NCBI GenBank assembly: GCA_031367385.1
Contig: JANLPS010000204.1
Span: forward strand, 1-31,321
DNA: 31,321 bases
Source: Archangium sp.
Lineage (GTDB): Bacteria; Myxococcota; Myxococcia; Myxococcales; Myxococcaceae
Direction of reading: 5' to 3'
Shown here one piece after another: positions 7,830 to 17,064 of this stretch. The translations under genes were made by a program, and so were the position numbers. How positions within the stretch are numbered: the stretch's first letter is position 1; each line of letters opens with the position of its first letter. The notes beneath the pieces are model-generated. The model was not told where the DNA came from. It saw nothing but the letters and a program-made list of their open reading frames with translations, and searched no databases.

Positions 7830-9674
7830 TTACGCACCCGGCAACTTCGGCGGCATGGCCTGGGGCAGCGATTGCGCTTTGGGGGCAGCTCCATTGCCCT
7901 TGAGAATCTTCGCGACCATCGCCATCGCCAACCCGCTCGAGCCCCCCTCGCCGCCACCGCTCATGGCGATGTCAGGCACGAGCTTCACGTTGTGCTGGCC
8001 CAAGATGCCGGCCAATTGAATGGCGGTGAAGGCCTCGTTGCCCATCGCCAGCACACCGCTGCGGTACGCCTCTGCCTTCGCGGCACCCATCTGCCGGGTG
8101 GCATCGGCCGACGCTTCGCCCGACACGCGAGTCGCGACCGCTTGGGCTTCTGCTTTGACTCGCATGGCCATCGCTTCACCCTTGGCCGTCTCGGCCATCG
8201 CCAGCGCGTTCTTTTCGGAGATGGCGACCATCTGCTCACTCCGAACGACCTCGCCTTGCATGTTGGCGATCGACGTCTCACGCTCGAGCTGCTGGCGCTG
8301 AACCTGCGCCATGCGCTGCACCTCATAGGTGTGCTGCAGCTCCTGGGCGATCTTGCGGTCGGTCTGAGTCTTCATCAGCTCAGCCGGCGCCTGAATATCG
8401 CCAATCAGCGTGTCGATGCACTCGACGTCGTAGGCTTGCAACGCCGACAAGATCGCGTCGAAGGCCTCACTTTGCCTCGCGGTGCGCTCACCCAAGAAGT
8501 CGAGCACGGTGACCTGCTGGGCCGAGTTGCGAAAGTAGTTCGCGACCGTGGGCTGCAGCACGTGATCGACCAGGTTCTGCATCGAACCCACCCGAGAGAT
8601 GACCCGCGGGGCCTGCTTCATGCCGACGTGAATGATCTGCGACACGTCGATGGTGAACGAGAAGCCGTCTTTCGAACGCACCGTGATCGGCGCGAGCTTC
8701 TCGTCGTACTTGTGCTGCTCGACCCGCGGCGTCCAGTTCAAGACGATGTTGGTGGTCGGCACGAGCTCGACCTTCATCACCCGCGAGTTGATCGGGTGCT
8801 TGCCGGGCAGCAGCGGCTCGTTCCACACGCCTTTGCGGCCCTTTTCGACCAGGTCACCGTGGGTGAAGTCGTCACCCGAGATGTCGAGGTGCTCGCGCCC
8901 GACGTAGCTGACGACGACGCCGACATACCCGATCGGTATCTCGGTCATCGGCAGGCAGTCGACCTTCACGAACCAGGGGTTCAAGTTCCAGCTGCCGCTG
9001 AGGAGCACTTGCTCTTGCAGACCGCGGCAACCGCCCGCTTCGATGAACGCCTGGCCACGTTGAAACGAGTCGTGGCCTTCGACCGGCACACCCGCCAAGT
9101 CGCCCTGGGGTATGGGCTTGCCGTCGAGCGTGGTGACGATGCCGACCTTGTCGGGCGCGATCGACGCGACCTCGAGGTCGCTGGCACGCATGCCGAACGA
9201 GTCGGCATTGTCGGTGGTGGCGAGCTGAAAGAGCGCGGGGTTGATGCGGTACAGACCCGCGGTCAGGTAGCCCAGTTGACGGCCCTTTTCGCCACCGTTC
9301 TCGAGAAACGAACGGGCGTTTTGAAAGTCGTCACAGTCGACCTCGGCGCCCAAGATTCGCTCGGAGGGAATGCTCTCGCCGTCACACGCGACGACCAGCG
9401 CGATCTCGCCCGAGCGCACCGTGACCACCGGCACCTTGTCGATGCGGTACTTCCACGGCCAGTAACCGAAGTGCCAGCCCGGAGGCAGCATGTCAGCCTG
9501 GTACCCGGCTTCACCGTTGAGGGCGAGCTGGCGGCCAGGGGGCAGTGAGGACCCGAATTTCTTCACTACCAACCCTGATTCATTTTCAGAGATGACGGTG
9601 AAACCAGAGAGAACCATCAGTGCGACCACTGTGATGAGAACGGCTGCGGCAGCGAAGACGATGTACGCAAACAT
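7830..9674 (-). CDS. SPFH/band-7 (flotillin-like) membrane protein with repeated N-terminal modules
   Basis: N-terminal TM helix; ITVRSKDGFSFTIDVSQIIH..YFRNSAQ SPFH core; Ala/Glu-rich coiled coil; KLVPDI tail. Confidence 0.9.
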   Translation of the reverse strand: MFAYIVFAAAAVLITVVALMVLSGFTVISENESGLVVKKFGSSLPPGRQLALNGEAGYQADMLPPGWHFGYWPWKYRIDKVPVVTVRSGEIALVVACDGESIPSERILGAEVDCDDFQNARSFLENGGEKGRQLGYLTAGLYRINPALFQLATTDNADSFGMRASDLEVASIAPDKVGIVTTLDGKPIPQGDLAGVPVEGHDSFQRGQAFIEAGGCRGLQEQVLLSGSWNLNPWFVKVDCLPMTEIPIGYVGVVVSYVGREHLDISGDDFTHGDLVEKGRKGVWNEPLLPGKHPINSRVMKVELVPTTNIVLNWTPRVEQHKYDEKLAPITVRSKDGFSFTIDVSQIIHVGMKQAPRVISRVGSMQNLVDHVLQPTVANYFRNSAQQVTVLDFLGERTARQSEAFDAILSALQAYDVECIDTLIGDIQAPAELMKTQTDRKIAQELQHTYEVQRMAQVQRQQLERETSIANMQGEVVRSEQMVAISEKNALAMAETAKGEAMAMRVKAEAQAVATRVSGEASADATRQMGAAKAEAYRSGVLAMGNEAFTAIQLAGILGQHNVKLVPDIAMSGGGEGGSSGLAMAMVAKILKGNGAAPKAQSLPQAMPPKLPGA

Positions 9675-9707
9675 GTTGTGTGCCTTTCGTTTGTGAGTGC
9701 TGCGTTT

Positions 9708-10079
9708 TCAGCTGTGAAATTGCGCGATGAATTCGGCGGGTTTTTCAAGTGAGAGCACGATGTGCTTCGCCGTCACCGAGATGCCGACGAAGATCTTCCT
9801 TGGCAAGGTGAGCTCGAGTTTCACGAGGTTGTTGGGCGAGCCGACCAACGCGACCGTGCCGTTGAGGTTGGTGCGCCACCCAATGCCCCAGCCGAAGAGC
9901 CCCTTGCGCGGGGCCAGCGACACCGACCGAATCTCGGTGCGCTGAATGCGCTGGTGGGTGAACCCGAACCGAATTTCGACCTCGTCAGCCTCGACGTTGA
10001 CGAACGAGCGCGCCTCCGTTGCCGAGAACAGCGACAACAACGGCTGAAACGGGGCGTCGCGTGCAATTTGAAATCTCAT
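9708..10079 (-). CDS. Small hypothetical protein, possibly bacterial PH-like fold
   Basis: VEIRFGFTHQRIQRTEIRSV..GWGIGWR pattern; ATG 10079. Confidence 0.65.
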   Translation of the reverse strand: MRFQIARDAPFQPLLSLFSATEARSFVNVEADEVEIRFGFTHQRIQRTEIRSVSLAPRKGLFGWGIGWRTNLNGTVALVGSPNNLVKLELTLPRKIFVGISVTAKHIVLSLEKPAEFIAQFHS

Positions 10080-10189
10080 GCAGGTGGGTTGTGCAGTCGT
10101 CGAGCCACCCCGCAACTGGCTGGAATACTTCGAGTGGCCTAATCAAAATCAGCATTCAATTCGTACCGAACCAGTGTTCTAATCATGCG

Positions 10190-11563
10190 ATGCCAAATCT
10201 CTCGTGGCGTGGTGAAAAGCCGAGCGATGAGCTCAGACAACGGCTCGCGGCGATCGGCTGGGTGGTCAGTACAGCCGCGGCGCAGATGTCGGTGATTCGA
10301 GAAAAGGCGTTGCCCGCGGCCCCCGGTGGGCCATGGGTATGGGTGGTCACCAGCGAGCTGAGCGCGAGCGTGCTGCAGGCGGCGGTCGATCGTGGCGCGG
10401 TCGACGTGATTTCGATCGCTCCGGGGTGGGAGAAGCGGCTGATGGCTCGCCTCGAAGAGTCACTGGCCGAGGAGCCCGTGGTGGTGGCGCCTTCGAACTT
10501 CGTGGCCGAGAGCGCTGCGGCCAAGGCGCTGCTGCGACGAATTCACCAGGCGGCGCAGACCTCGATGCCGGTGCTGCTCACCGGCGAAACGGGCACCGGC
10601 AAAGAGCTCGCGGCCCGGTTGGTGCACCAGTGGTCGACGCGCCAGCAAAAGACCTTCGTGCCGATCAACTGCGCGGCGATACCCAACGAGATGATGGAGG
10701 GCGAGCTGTTCGGTTATGCGAAGGGCGCCTTCTCGGGGGCGGTTCGCGAGTACGCCGGCTTGGTCGCCGCGGCCGAGGGCGGCACCGTTTTTCTCGACGA
10801 GATCGACGACACGCCGTTCGCGCTGCAGGTGAAGTTGCTTCGGGTGCTCGAAGACCGGGTGATCTCGCGGCTCGGTGAAAGCCAGTGGAGGCAGGTCGAC
10901 TTTCGAATTCTCGCGGCGACCAACCGAAACCTGAGGCCACTGATCGACAGCGGGCACTTTGGCGCCGACCTCTACGAGCGCCTGGCGACGCTGCTGATCG
11001 AGCTGCCCCCGCTGCGAGATCGACTCGACGACCTGCCGGCGATGATGGTGCAGCTGATCGAGCGGTACTACGCCGAAGACAAAGCGCCCAGAAAACGGGG
11101 CCGGGTTCGTTCGGTGACCAAGGAGGCCCTCGCGGTCGTGCGCGCGTACCACTGGCCCGGCAACGTTCGCGAATTGCGCAACGTCATCTTCGCGGCGTTG
11201 GTGACAAAGAAGGCGGGCGACGAGCTGTTGGTGTCAGATCTCCCTCGGCGGCTGTGGGCGACGGTGGGGGCCACGAGCCTGAGCTCGGTGTTCTCGGCCG
11301 ACGAGGTCGAGCGGCGCATCGGGGCCGGGTCGATGAACTTGCGCAATGAAATCGAAGGCCTCGAACGGTTCGCCCTCTCGAGCGCGCTCAGGCGCTCGGC
11401 GGGCAACGCGGCTGAAGCAGCGAGGCTCCTGGGCGAAGTCGGCCGAGGGAGCGCCAAAGACCCCGGCGGCACCGTGCGAACGATGATGAAACGGCTCGGG
11501 CTGGGCCGCGAAGAGTCGGCAAGCCGCTCGCACAACCCTCCAGTGAAGCGAAAGGCTGTGTAA
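10190..11563 (+). CDS. Sigma-54-interacting enhancer-binding protein (AAA+, Fis-type HTH, degenerate receiver)
   Basis: Walker A GETGTGKE, GAFSGA loop, GTVFLDEI, ILAATNRNL, WPGNVREL, GNAAEAARLLG. Confidence 0.93.
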   Translation: MPNLSWRGEKPSDELRQRLAAIGWVVSTAAAQMSVIREKALPAAPGGPWVWVVTSELSASVLQAAVDRGAVDVISIAPGWEKRLMARLEESLAEEPVVVAPSNFVAESAAAKALLRRIHQAAQTSMPVLLTGETGTGKELAARLVHQWSTRQQKTFVPINCAAIPNEMMEGELFGYAKGAFSGAVREYAGLVAAAEGGTVFLDEIDDTPFALQVKLLRVLEDRVISRLGESQWRQVDFRILAATNRNLRPLIDSGHFGADLYERLATLLIELPPLRDRLDDLPAMMVQLIERYYAEDKAPRKRGRVRSVTKEALAVVRAYHWPGNVRELRNVIFAALVTKKAGDELLVSDLPRRLWATVGATSLSSVFSADEVERRIGAGSMNLRNEIEGLERFALSSALRRSAGNAAEAARLLGEVGRGSAKDPGGTVRTMMKRLGLGREESASRSHNPPVKRKAV

Positions 11564-11575
11564 GCTGCCGGCCCT

Positions 11576-12325
11576 ATGACGACAAAGCAGGTGGCGATCA
11601 CGGGCGCGGGCCGCGGCATCGGGCGGGCGATTGCCGAGGTCTTCTTGCGCCAGGGCTGGGTGGTGTGGGCGTTGGTGCGCCAAGAAGCCCAGCTCACCCC
11701 GCTGAGCAAGCTGGGCGACGCGCGCTACGTGCCCTTCGATGCGAGCGATGAAGGCAGCGTGCTCGAGGCCGCCAAGCGCCTGCAGCGGGAGTCGCTCAAT
11801 GCGTTGATCAACAACGCGGGCGTGGCGCTGTCATCACCCCTCGCGAAGACGACGACCGAAGAGTTTCTGCGGGTGCAGCGAATCAACGTCACCGCGCCGT
11901 TCATCTTGTGCCGTGAGCTGATGCCGCTGATGGCGAAGAACGGGGGCGGCCGGGTGATCAACATCGCCTCGACCGCGTCGCGAAAAGGCTTCAAGTACAC
12001 CTCAGCCTACTGCGCGTCGAAGCACGCCTTGCTGGGGTTGACCCGTTCGTTGGCGGTCGAGTTCGCCGCGAAGCAAATCACCGTCAACGCCGTCAACCCA
12101 GGGTGGACGGAGACCGACATGTTCACCGCGAGCATCGAGCGAATCGCCAGCGCGACCGGTCGCAGCACCGGTGATGCGCGTGCGGCCCTCGAGCACATGA
12201 ACCCGCTGGGCCGGGCCATTCAGCCCGAAGAGGTCGCCGACGTGGTGTATTTCTTGGCCTCGTCGACTGCAGGCGCGGCGATCACCGGCGCCTCGTACGA
12301 CATCGATGGAGGCGAGACGACATGA
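11576..12325 (+). CDS. SDR-family NAD(P)-dependent oxidoreductase
   Basis: TGAGRGIG, NNAG, YCASK, VNPGWTET. Confidence 0.95.
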   Translation: MTTKQVAITGAGRGIGRAIAEVFLRQGWVVWALVRQEAQLTPLSKLGDARYVPFDASDEGSVLEAAKRLQRESLNALINNAGVALSSPLAKTTTEEFLRVQRINVTAPFILCRELMPLMAKNGGGRVINIASTASRKGFKYTSAYCASKHALLGLTRSLAVEFAAKQITVNAVNPGWTETDMFTASIERIASATGRSTGDARAALEHMNPLGRAIQPEEVADVVYFLASSTAGAAITGASYDIDGGETT

Positions 12326-12720
12326 GCACGGTGATTCAACCGGAGGGCTGGGTCGCTCCCAAGGGGTACGCGAACGGCATTCTGGCGAGCGGCCGCCTGG
12401 TCTTCACCGGTGGGCAAATCGGGTGGAACCCGAAGGTGACTCCGCCGGAGTTTTCGGTGTCGTTCGCTGAGCAATTCGAGCAGGCGCTCTCGAACGTGTG
12501 TGACGTGGTGAAAGCCGCCGGCGGGTCACCCGAGCATTTGACCCGACTGACGGTGTACGTCACCGACAAGAAAGAATACCTCGCGACGCTCAAAGAGAGC
12601 GGCGCGGCCTGGAGGCGCTTGCTCGGCCGCCACTACCCCGCGATGGCCCTGGTGCAAGTGGTCGCGCTGGTCGAAGACTGGGCGTTGGTCGAGATTGAAG
12701 GCACGGCCGTGTTGCCGTAG
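12322..12720 (+). CDS. RidA/YjgF family protein
   Basis: PKGYANG, GGQIGW, YPAMALVQV, LVEIEGTA; ATGA overlap with the SDR gene. Confidence 0.93.
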   Translation: MSTVIQPEGWVAPKGYANGILASGRLVFTGGQIGWNPKVTPPEFSVSFAEQFEQALSNVCDVVKAAGGSPEHLTRLTVYVTDKKEYLATLKESGAAWRRLLGRHYPAMALVQVVALVEDWALVEIEGTAVLP

Positions 12721-12735
12721 CGCGAATTCCATCGC

Positions 12736-13545
12736 ATGAAGGCGGCCATGCTCAAGCCCGCCTCATTTCGTTTCGAAGTCACAGGCTCCGTCGGCGTCAT
12801 CACGTTCACCCGGCCCGACACGCTCAATTCGTTGACCTTCGAGGTGTACCGCGAGCTGACCCAGCTCTTCGCCGAGCTCGAGCACGAGAAGTCAGTTCGC
12901 AGCGTGGTCATCACGGGTGAGGGCCGCGGGTTCTGCTCGGGCGGTGACCAACACGAGATCATCGCCGAGCTCTTCAAGCGCGACATGCCGGGCCTGGTCG
13001 AGTTCACCCGCATGACGTGCGACTTGATTCGCAACATTCGGGCGCTGCGCAAGCCGGTCATCGCCGCGTTGAACGGCACGGCCGCCGGCGCGGGAGCAGT
13101 CATCGCGCTGGCTGCAGACTTGAGGGTCGCGAGTGAGAAGTCGAAGATCGCGTTTCTATTCGTCAAGGTGGGCCTGGCGGGCGCAGACATGGGGGCGGCC
13201 TACCTGTTGCCGAAGGTGGTCGGGCTCTCACGCGCGACGGAGCTGCTCTATCTTGGCGACGTGATCGACGCTCCCACCGCTGAGCGCTACGGCTTGTTCA
13301 ACCGCGTCGTGCCGCACGAGAAGGTGATGGAGGAGGCGATGGCGCTCGCCACCCGACTCGCCAACGGGCCGACCTTCGCGCTGGGCATGACGAAAGAGCT
13401 GCTCAACGGCGAGCTGAACATGGACCTCGCAGGCGCGCTGGACAACGAGGCCCGGGCGCAAGCGGTCTGCATGCAAACGAAAGACTTTCACGAGGCGTAC
13501 GACGCGTTCTCGAACAAGCGCCCGGCGAAGTTCGTCGGGGCTTAG
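12736..13545 (+). CDS. Enoyl-CoA hydratase/isomerase (crotonase) family protein
   Basis: FCSGGD, KPVIAALNGTAAGAG, FVKVGLAGADMGAAYLLP; start 12736 or 12748. Confidence 0.93.
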   Translation: MKAAMLKPASFRFEVTGSVGVITFTRPDTLNSLTFEVYRELTQLFAELEHEKSVRSVVITGEGRGFCSGGDQHEIIAELFKRDMPGLVEFTRMTCDLIRNIRALRKPVIAALNGTAAGAGAVIALAADLRVASEKSKIAFLFVKVGLAGADMGAAYLLPKVVGLSRATELLYLGDVIDAPTAERYGLFNRVVPHEKVMEEAMALATRLANGPTFALGMTKELLNGELNMDLAGALDNEARAQAVCMQTKDFHEAYDAFSNKRPAKFVGA

Positions 13546-13767
13546 CCTTGCCGCTCGGAGGTCTTCAGCTCCGGGGGCCCCACAAACGCTGGCCGCAGCA
13601 GACCAAGCGACCTCTTGAGCCGCTCCGCTGGCTTCGGAGGCCTTGGCGTTGGCTGCAGACTGCCCGACCGTTACGGCGAGGTACTGCTCGCCCACGGCAA
13701 ATGGAGTCAGCAGCAAGCAGTCGAGGTTGCGGGTGAAGCCCCGAATGTGCGCGATGCGAAAGAACAT
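13542..13767 (-). pseudogene. Possible small (~75 aa) gene broken by a 1-nt frameshift
   Basis: GC3-rich frame from ATG 13767 (MFFRIAHIRG...ANAKAS) switches near 13635 to a second GC3-rich frame (KPAERLKRSL...SERQG*) whose TAA overlaps the hydratase TAG. Confidence 0.3.
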
Positions 13768-13827
13768 GGGGCTCTTTGGGAGGTGAAGAGTGCCAGGCGA
13801 CGGGCAGACGCGATATTACCAAGCACC

Positions 13828-14958
13828 ATGAGCGCCACGTTCCTCTCCACCGCGCAGCTCGCCCTCGCGCAGCGGGCCCGTGATGCCTTCGCGTCGCTCG
13901 ATGGAGGCACCGCGCACCTCGCCGACGACGCCTCGCTCGCCAAGGCCGTCGCCGCGACGGGGTTCTACCCCTACCTGGTGCCTGCTGAGTTCGGCGGTGC
14001 GTTGCCCAAGGTCGAAGCGTTGTCGATTTGCGTCTTGCGAGACGCCCTCGCGTACCAAAACGCGGCCGCCGACTCGGTGTTCGCAGTGCAAGGCCTGGGC
14101 AGCCACCCGGTGTTGCTCTCGGGCAGCGACACGCAGAAACGCGAATGGCTGCCGCTGGTTGCGAATGCCCAGGCCCTGTTTGCCTTCGCGTTGACCGAGG
14201 CCGAGGCCGGCAGCGATGTCGCCGCGCTCACCACCACGGCGGTGAAAGACGGCGCGGGGTACGTCATCACCGGCGCGAAGAAGTTCATCTCGAACGCCGG
14301 CGTCGCAACCCACTACACCGTCTTCGCGCGCACCGGTGAAGGCCCGCGCGGCATCTCGGCGTTCGTCGTTCGAGCAGACACCCCCGGTTTTCGCGTGAGC
14401 CACCAGATGGAGCTGTTGGGGGAGCACCCAATTGGCGAGCTCGAATTCAACGAGTGCCGAGTCACTGAAACCGCGCGGCTCGGCGCCGAGGGCTCGGGCA
14501 TGAAGACCGCCCTCTCGACCCTCGATGTCTTTCGCGCCACCGTCGGAGCGGCCGCCGTCGGCATGGCCCGTCGTGCGCTCGACGAAGCCGTGCGCTATTC
14601 GAAGTCGCGCCGGCAATTCGGAGCACCCTTGAGTGAGTTGAGCGCCGTTCAAGCCCTGCTCGCCGACAGCGCCGTCGAGCTCGAGGCCTCGCGCTTGCTG
14701 GTGCACATGGCCGCCGCGACGAAAGACTCCGGGCAGGCGCGGGTCACCTACGAGGCCGCCGTCTCGAAGCTCTTCGCCACCGAGGCCGCACAGCGCATCA
14801 TCGACCGGTGCTTGCAAGTGCACGGCGGCAACGGAGTCGTCAAAGGCTTCGCGGTCGAGCGCCTCTACCGCGACATTCGCGCGCTCCGAATTTACGAGGG
14901 CGCGTCAGAGGTTCAGCGATTGGTTATCGCGCGGCAGCTGCTCGCCGACCGTGCTTGA
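13828..14958 (+). CDS. Acyl-CoA dehydrogenase family protein
   Basis: FALTEAEAGSD, KKFISNAG, QVHGGNGV, YRDIRALRIYEGASEVQ; ATG 13828. Confidence 0.95.
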   Translation: MSATFLSTAQLALAQRARDAFASLDGGTAHLADDASLAKAVAATGFYPYLVPAEFGGALPKVEALSICVLRDALAYQNAAADSVFAVQGLGSHPVLLSGSDTQKREWLPLVANAQALFAFALTEAEAGSDVAALTTTAVKDGAGYVITGAKKFISNAGVATHYTVFARTGEGPRGISAFVVRADTPGFRVSHQMELLGEHPIGELEFNECRVTETARLGAEGSGMKTALSTLDVFRATVGAAAVGMARRALDEAVRYSKSRRQFGAPLSELSAVQALLADSAVELEASRLLVHMAAATKDSGQARVTYEAAVSKLFATEAAQRIIDRCLQVHGGNGVVKGFAVERLYRDIRALRIYEGASEVQRLVIARQLLADRA

Positions 14959-15889
14959 CGATCTGCAAATGGCGATCGCCGAGGCTCCCGATTCTGCGGA
15001 GCCGTACCTGGTCTACGCCGACTGGCTGCAGTCGCAGGGTGACGCGCACGGTGAATACATTCAGTTGATGCACGCGCTCGAACGAGAGACCGACTCGTCG
15101 CGATTTCTCACGCGAAAGAAGCGCGTCGACGTGCTCCTGGCTGATCATGGCGCGACCTGGCTCAATGCCGTGAAGGTGATCGCGCCACAATGGCGCTGGG
15201 GGTTCGTGCGCAAGGGCCGGGTCGAGGCCACCGCACTGCGCGCGTTGCTCGACTCGAGGGCGGGCCGTTTCCCTCGGGAGTTGACGGTGACTGGCACGGG
15301 CACGGCGTTGCAAACCGCAGTCGAAGCGCTGCCGCTGACCCTGACCGGGTTGAAGCTCGAGCCGACGTACGGCGATGACACCGTGAAGGTCTCGGCGTTG
15401 CCGCCCCAGCTCACGCGCCTGGCGCTCGGCCCCGCTCGATGGGAGCTGCCGTTGGGAGTGCCACCCGGCCTGCGCGAGCTGCGCCTCGAAGCCCCTCGCG
15501 CGCACCCGACCCTGCTGCCGTTTCTCACCGGGCCGCAGAACCGTTTGACGACCTTGCATCTGACCGAGCTGCCATTCGAGAGCCGCGACCTGTTCAACGG
15601 CCACGCGTTCAGCGCGCTGAAGCGGTTGGTGCTGGTCGAAGATCTCGCCGACGACAGCCTGCAGTGGCTCTCGAAGTCACCGCTGATTCGCCAGCTCGAT
15701 CACCTCACCGTGGGAGGCCCGTTCACCGACCTGGGTCTCGACTTCATCTTGCGTGAGTTCGCCCGGTTTTCGCGCATCGGCGAAATCGTGCTCTGGGGCG
15801 GAGTCATCTCGCGCCAGCTGCGAAGCCTCGCCCGCAAGCAGCTGCCGCAGATGTTGCTGCTCAAGCAGCCACCGCCGGCGATCTGGTGA
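14951..15889 (+). CDS. TIGR02996 domain protein with leucine-rich-repeat-like C-terminus
   Basis: AIAEAPDSAEPYLVYADWLQSQGDAHGEYIQL, WRWGFV, LxxLxL repeats. Confidence 0.85.
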   Translation: MLDDLQMAIAEAPDSAEPYLVYADWLQSQGDAHGEYIQLMHALERETDSSRFLTRKKRVDVLLADHGATWLNAVKVIAPQWRWGFVRKGRVEATALRALLDSRAGRFPRELTVTGTGTALQTAVEALPLTLTGLKLEPTYGDDTVKVSALPPQLTRLALGPARWELPLGVPPGLRELRLEAPRAHPTLLPFLTGPQNRLTTLHLTELPFESRDLFNGHAFSALKRLVLVEDLADDSLQWLSKSPLIRQLDHLTVGGPFTDLGLDFILREFARFSRIGEIVLWGGVISRQLRSLARKQLPQMLLLKQPPPAIW

Positions 15890-15893
15890 CGCG

Positions 15894-16991
15894 CTACGAG
15901 TAGGTCACCGCGTCCCACGCGACGCCGGTCATTCGCGCGGCCTCGGCCAACTTCAGGTCGAGCCCATCGAGAATGGCCTGATTGCCGTCTTGCGAGTACC
16001 CGGCGAGCGCCTTCTCAGAGTCGGGTATTCGCTCGAGAAACGCGGGCAACGCGTCGCCCTCGAGGGTCTTCGCGTAGGTGCCGTAGTTGAGCTTGTCGAG
16101 ATACAGCGCGTTGATGATCTGCTCGAACTGGCCCCCAATCGGCACCGAGAGCATCGGCTTTCGCAGATAGACGGCCTCGCTCATCAGCGTGAAGCCGCCG
16201 CCTCCGACGACGCCGCGCGCGGTGCGCAGATCATCGATGAAGCCGGCTTCGCTGAAGGGCCGAAACGTCAGGTTGCCATCGACCACGTCAGAGGTGATGT
16301 CGCGGCGATACCCGTAAATTCGGCAAGGAATGCGGCTGGCTTTGAGCTGCTCCATCAAGCCGGTGTTGGTGGTCATCGTCTGGTACACGAGCAGGTGCTC
16401 GCCGCTCTCGCTCTTCGCGGTCAAGATCTCGGGCCGCAAGATCGACGGCACCAGCGAGGTGCGCAGCTTGCGAACGCGCGGGTAGAAGAAGGTGGTCACC
16501 AGATAATGAAACGCGCCGGGGCACTTCGCTTTGACGATGCCACGCGAGAGCTCGAACGCGTTCTCGTTGCCCTCGAGCAAGGCCGGCTCATGCTCGCAGC
16601 GATTGATGATCTGCATGTTGTCGATGCTGATCACCGGCAGAAAATGATTTCGTGCGAACAGGTAGCTGAAGGTCTCGAAGTCGCTGATCACCACGTCAGG
16701 CTCGAATTTCTCGACCAGGTCGAAGTAGGTGCGCACGTTCTGGGGCCACCCGGTGACCGCGCCCTTGAGGTTCTGCAACACGGTCTGCCACTTCTTCACC
16801 GAGTTGCCCTCGTACTGCATGGTGAAGCCCCAGATGTTGTGCACGTTCTCGAAGCGTTTCGCGAGGTAGTCGCGGGCCCGGCCGGAGACGACGATGTGCA
16901 CGTCGTGGTGCTTGGTGAGGTGCTCGAGAATCACGCGCGAACGGGTGGCGTGGCCCATGCCTTCACCGACGACTCCGTACAGAATTCGCAT
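15894..16991 (-). CDS. MJ1255/VC2487-family glycosyltransferase (GT-B, GT28-like)
   Basis: MRILYGVVGEGMGHATRS, PDVVISDFE, GGFTLMSEAVYLRKP, GQFEQIINA. Confidence 0.9.
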   Translation of the reverse strand: MRILYGVVGEGMGHATRSRVILEHLTKHHDVHIVVSGRARDYLAKRFENVHNIWGFTMQYEGNSVKKWQTVLQNLKGAVTGWPQNVRTYFDLVEKFEPDVVISDFETFSYLFARNHFLPVISIDNMQIINRCEHEPALLEGNENAFELSRGIVKAKCPGAFHYLVTTFFYPRVRKLRTSLVPSILRPEILTAKSESGEHLLVYQTMTTNTGLMEQLKASRIPCRIYGYRRDITSDVVDGNLTFRPFSEAGFIDDLRTARGVVGGGGFTLMSEAVYLRKPMLSVPIGGQFEQIINALYLDKLNYGTYAKTLEGDALPAFLERIPDSEKALAGYSQDGNQAILDGLDLKLAEAARMTGVAWDAVTYS

Positions 16992-17064
16992 GCGCCGAAG
17001 TGTGCCTCAAACCCGCCTCGATTCACCCATTGAAAGTGGAGCCCGAGGGTAAGCTCACCGCCGG

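Noticed and set aside
7872..9548. 558-aa plus-strand ORF
   Set aside because: Antisense mirror of the SPFH gene, common in high-GC DNA
13228..13767. 179-aa minus-strand ORF as an intact gene
   Set aside because: Over 300 nt overlap the hydratase antisense; only the 5' part was kept as a possible fragment
13546..13827. Known structural RNA (tRNA, tmRNA, SRP, RNase P) in the gap
   Set aside because: No recognisable signature motifs by eye; an Rfam scan is still needed
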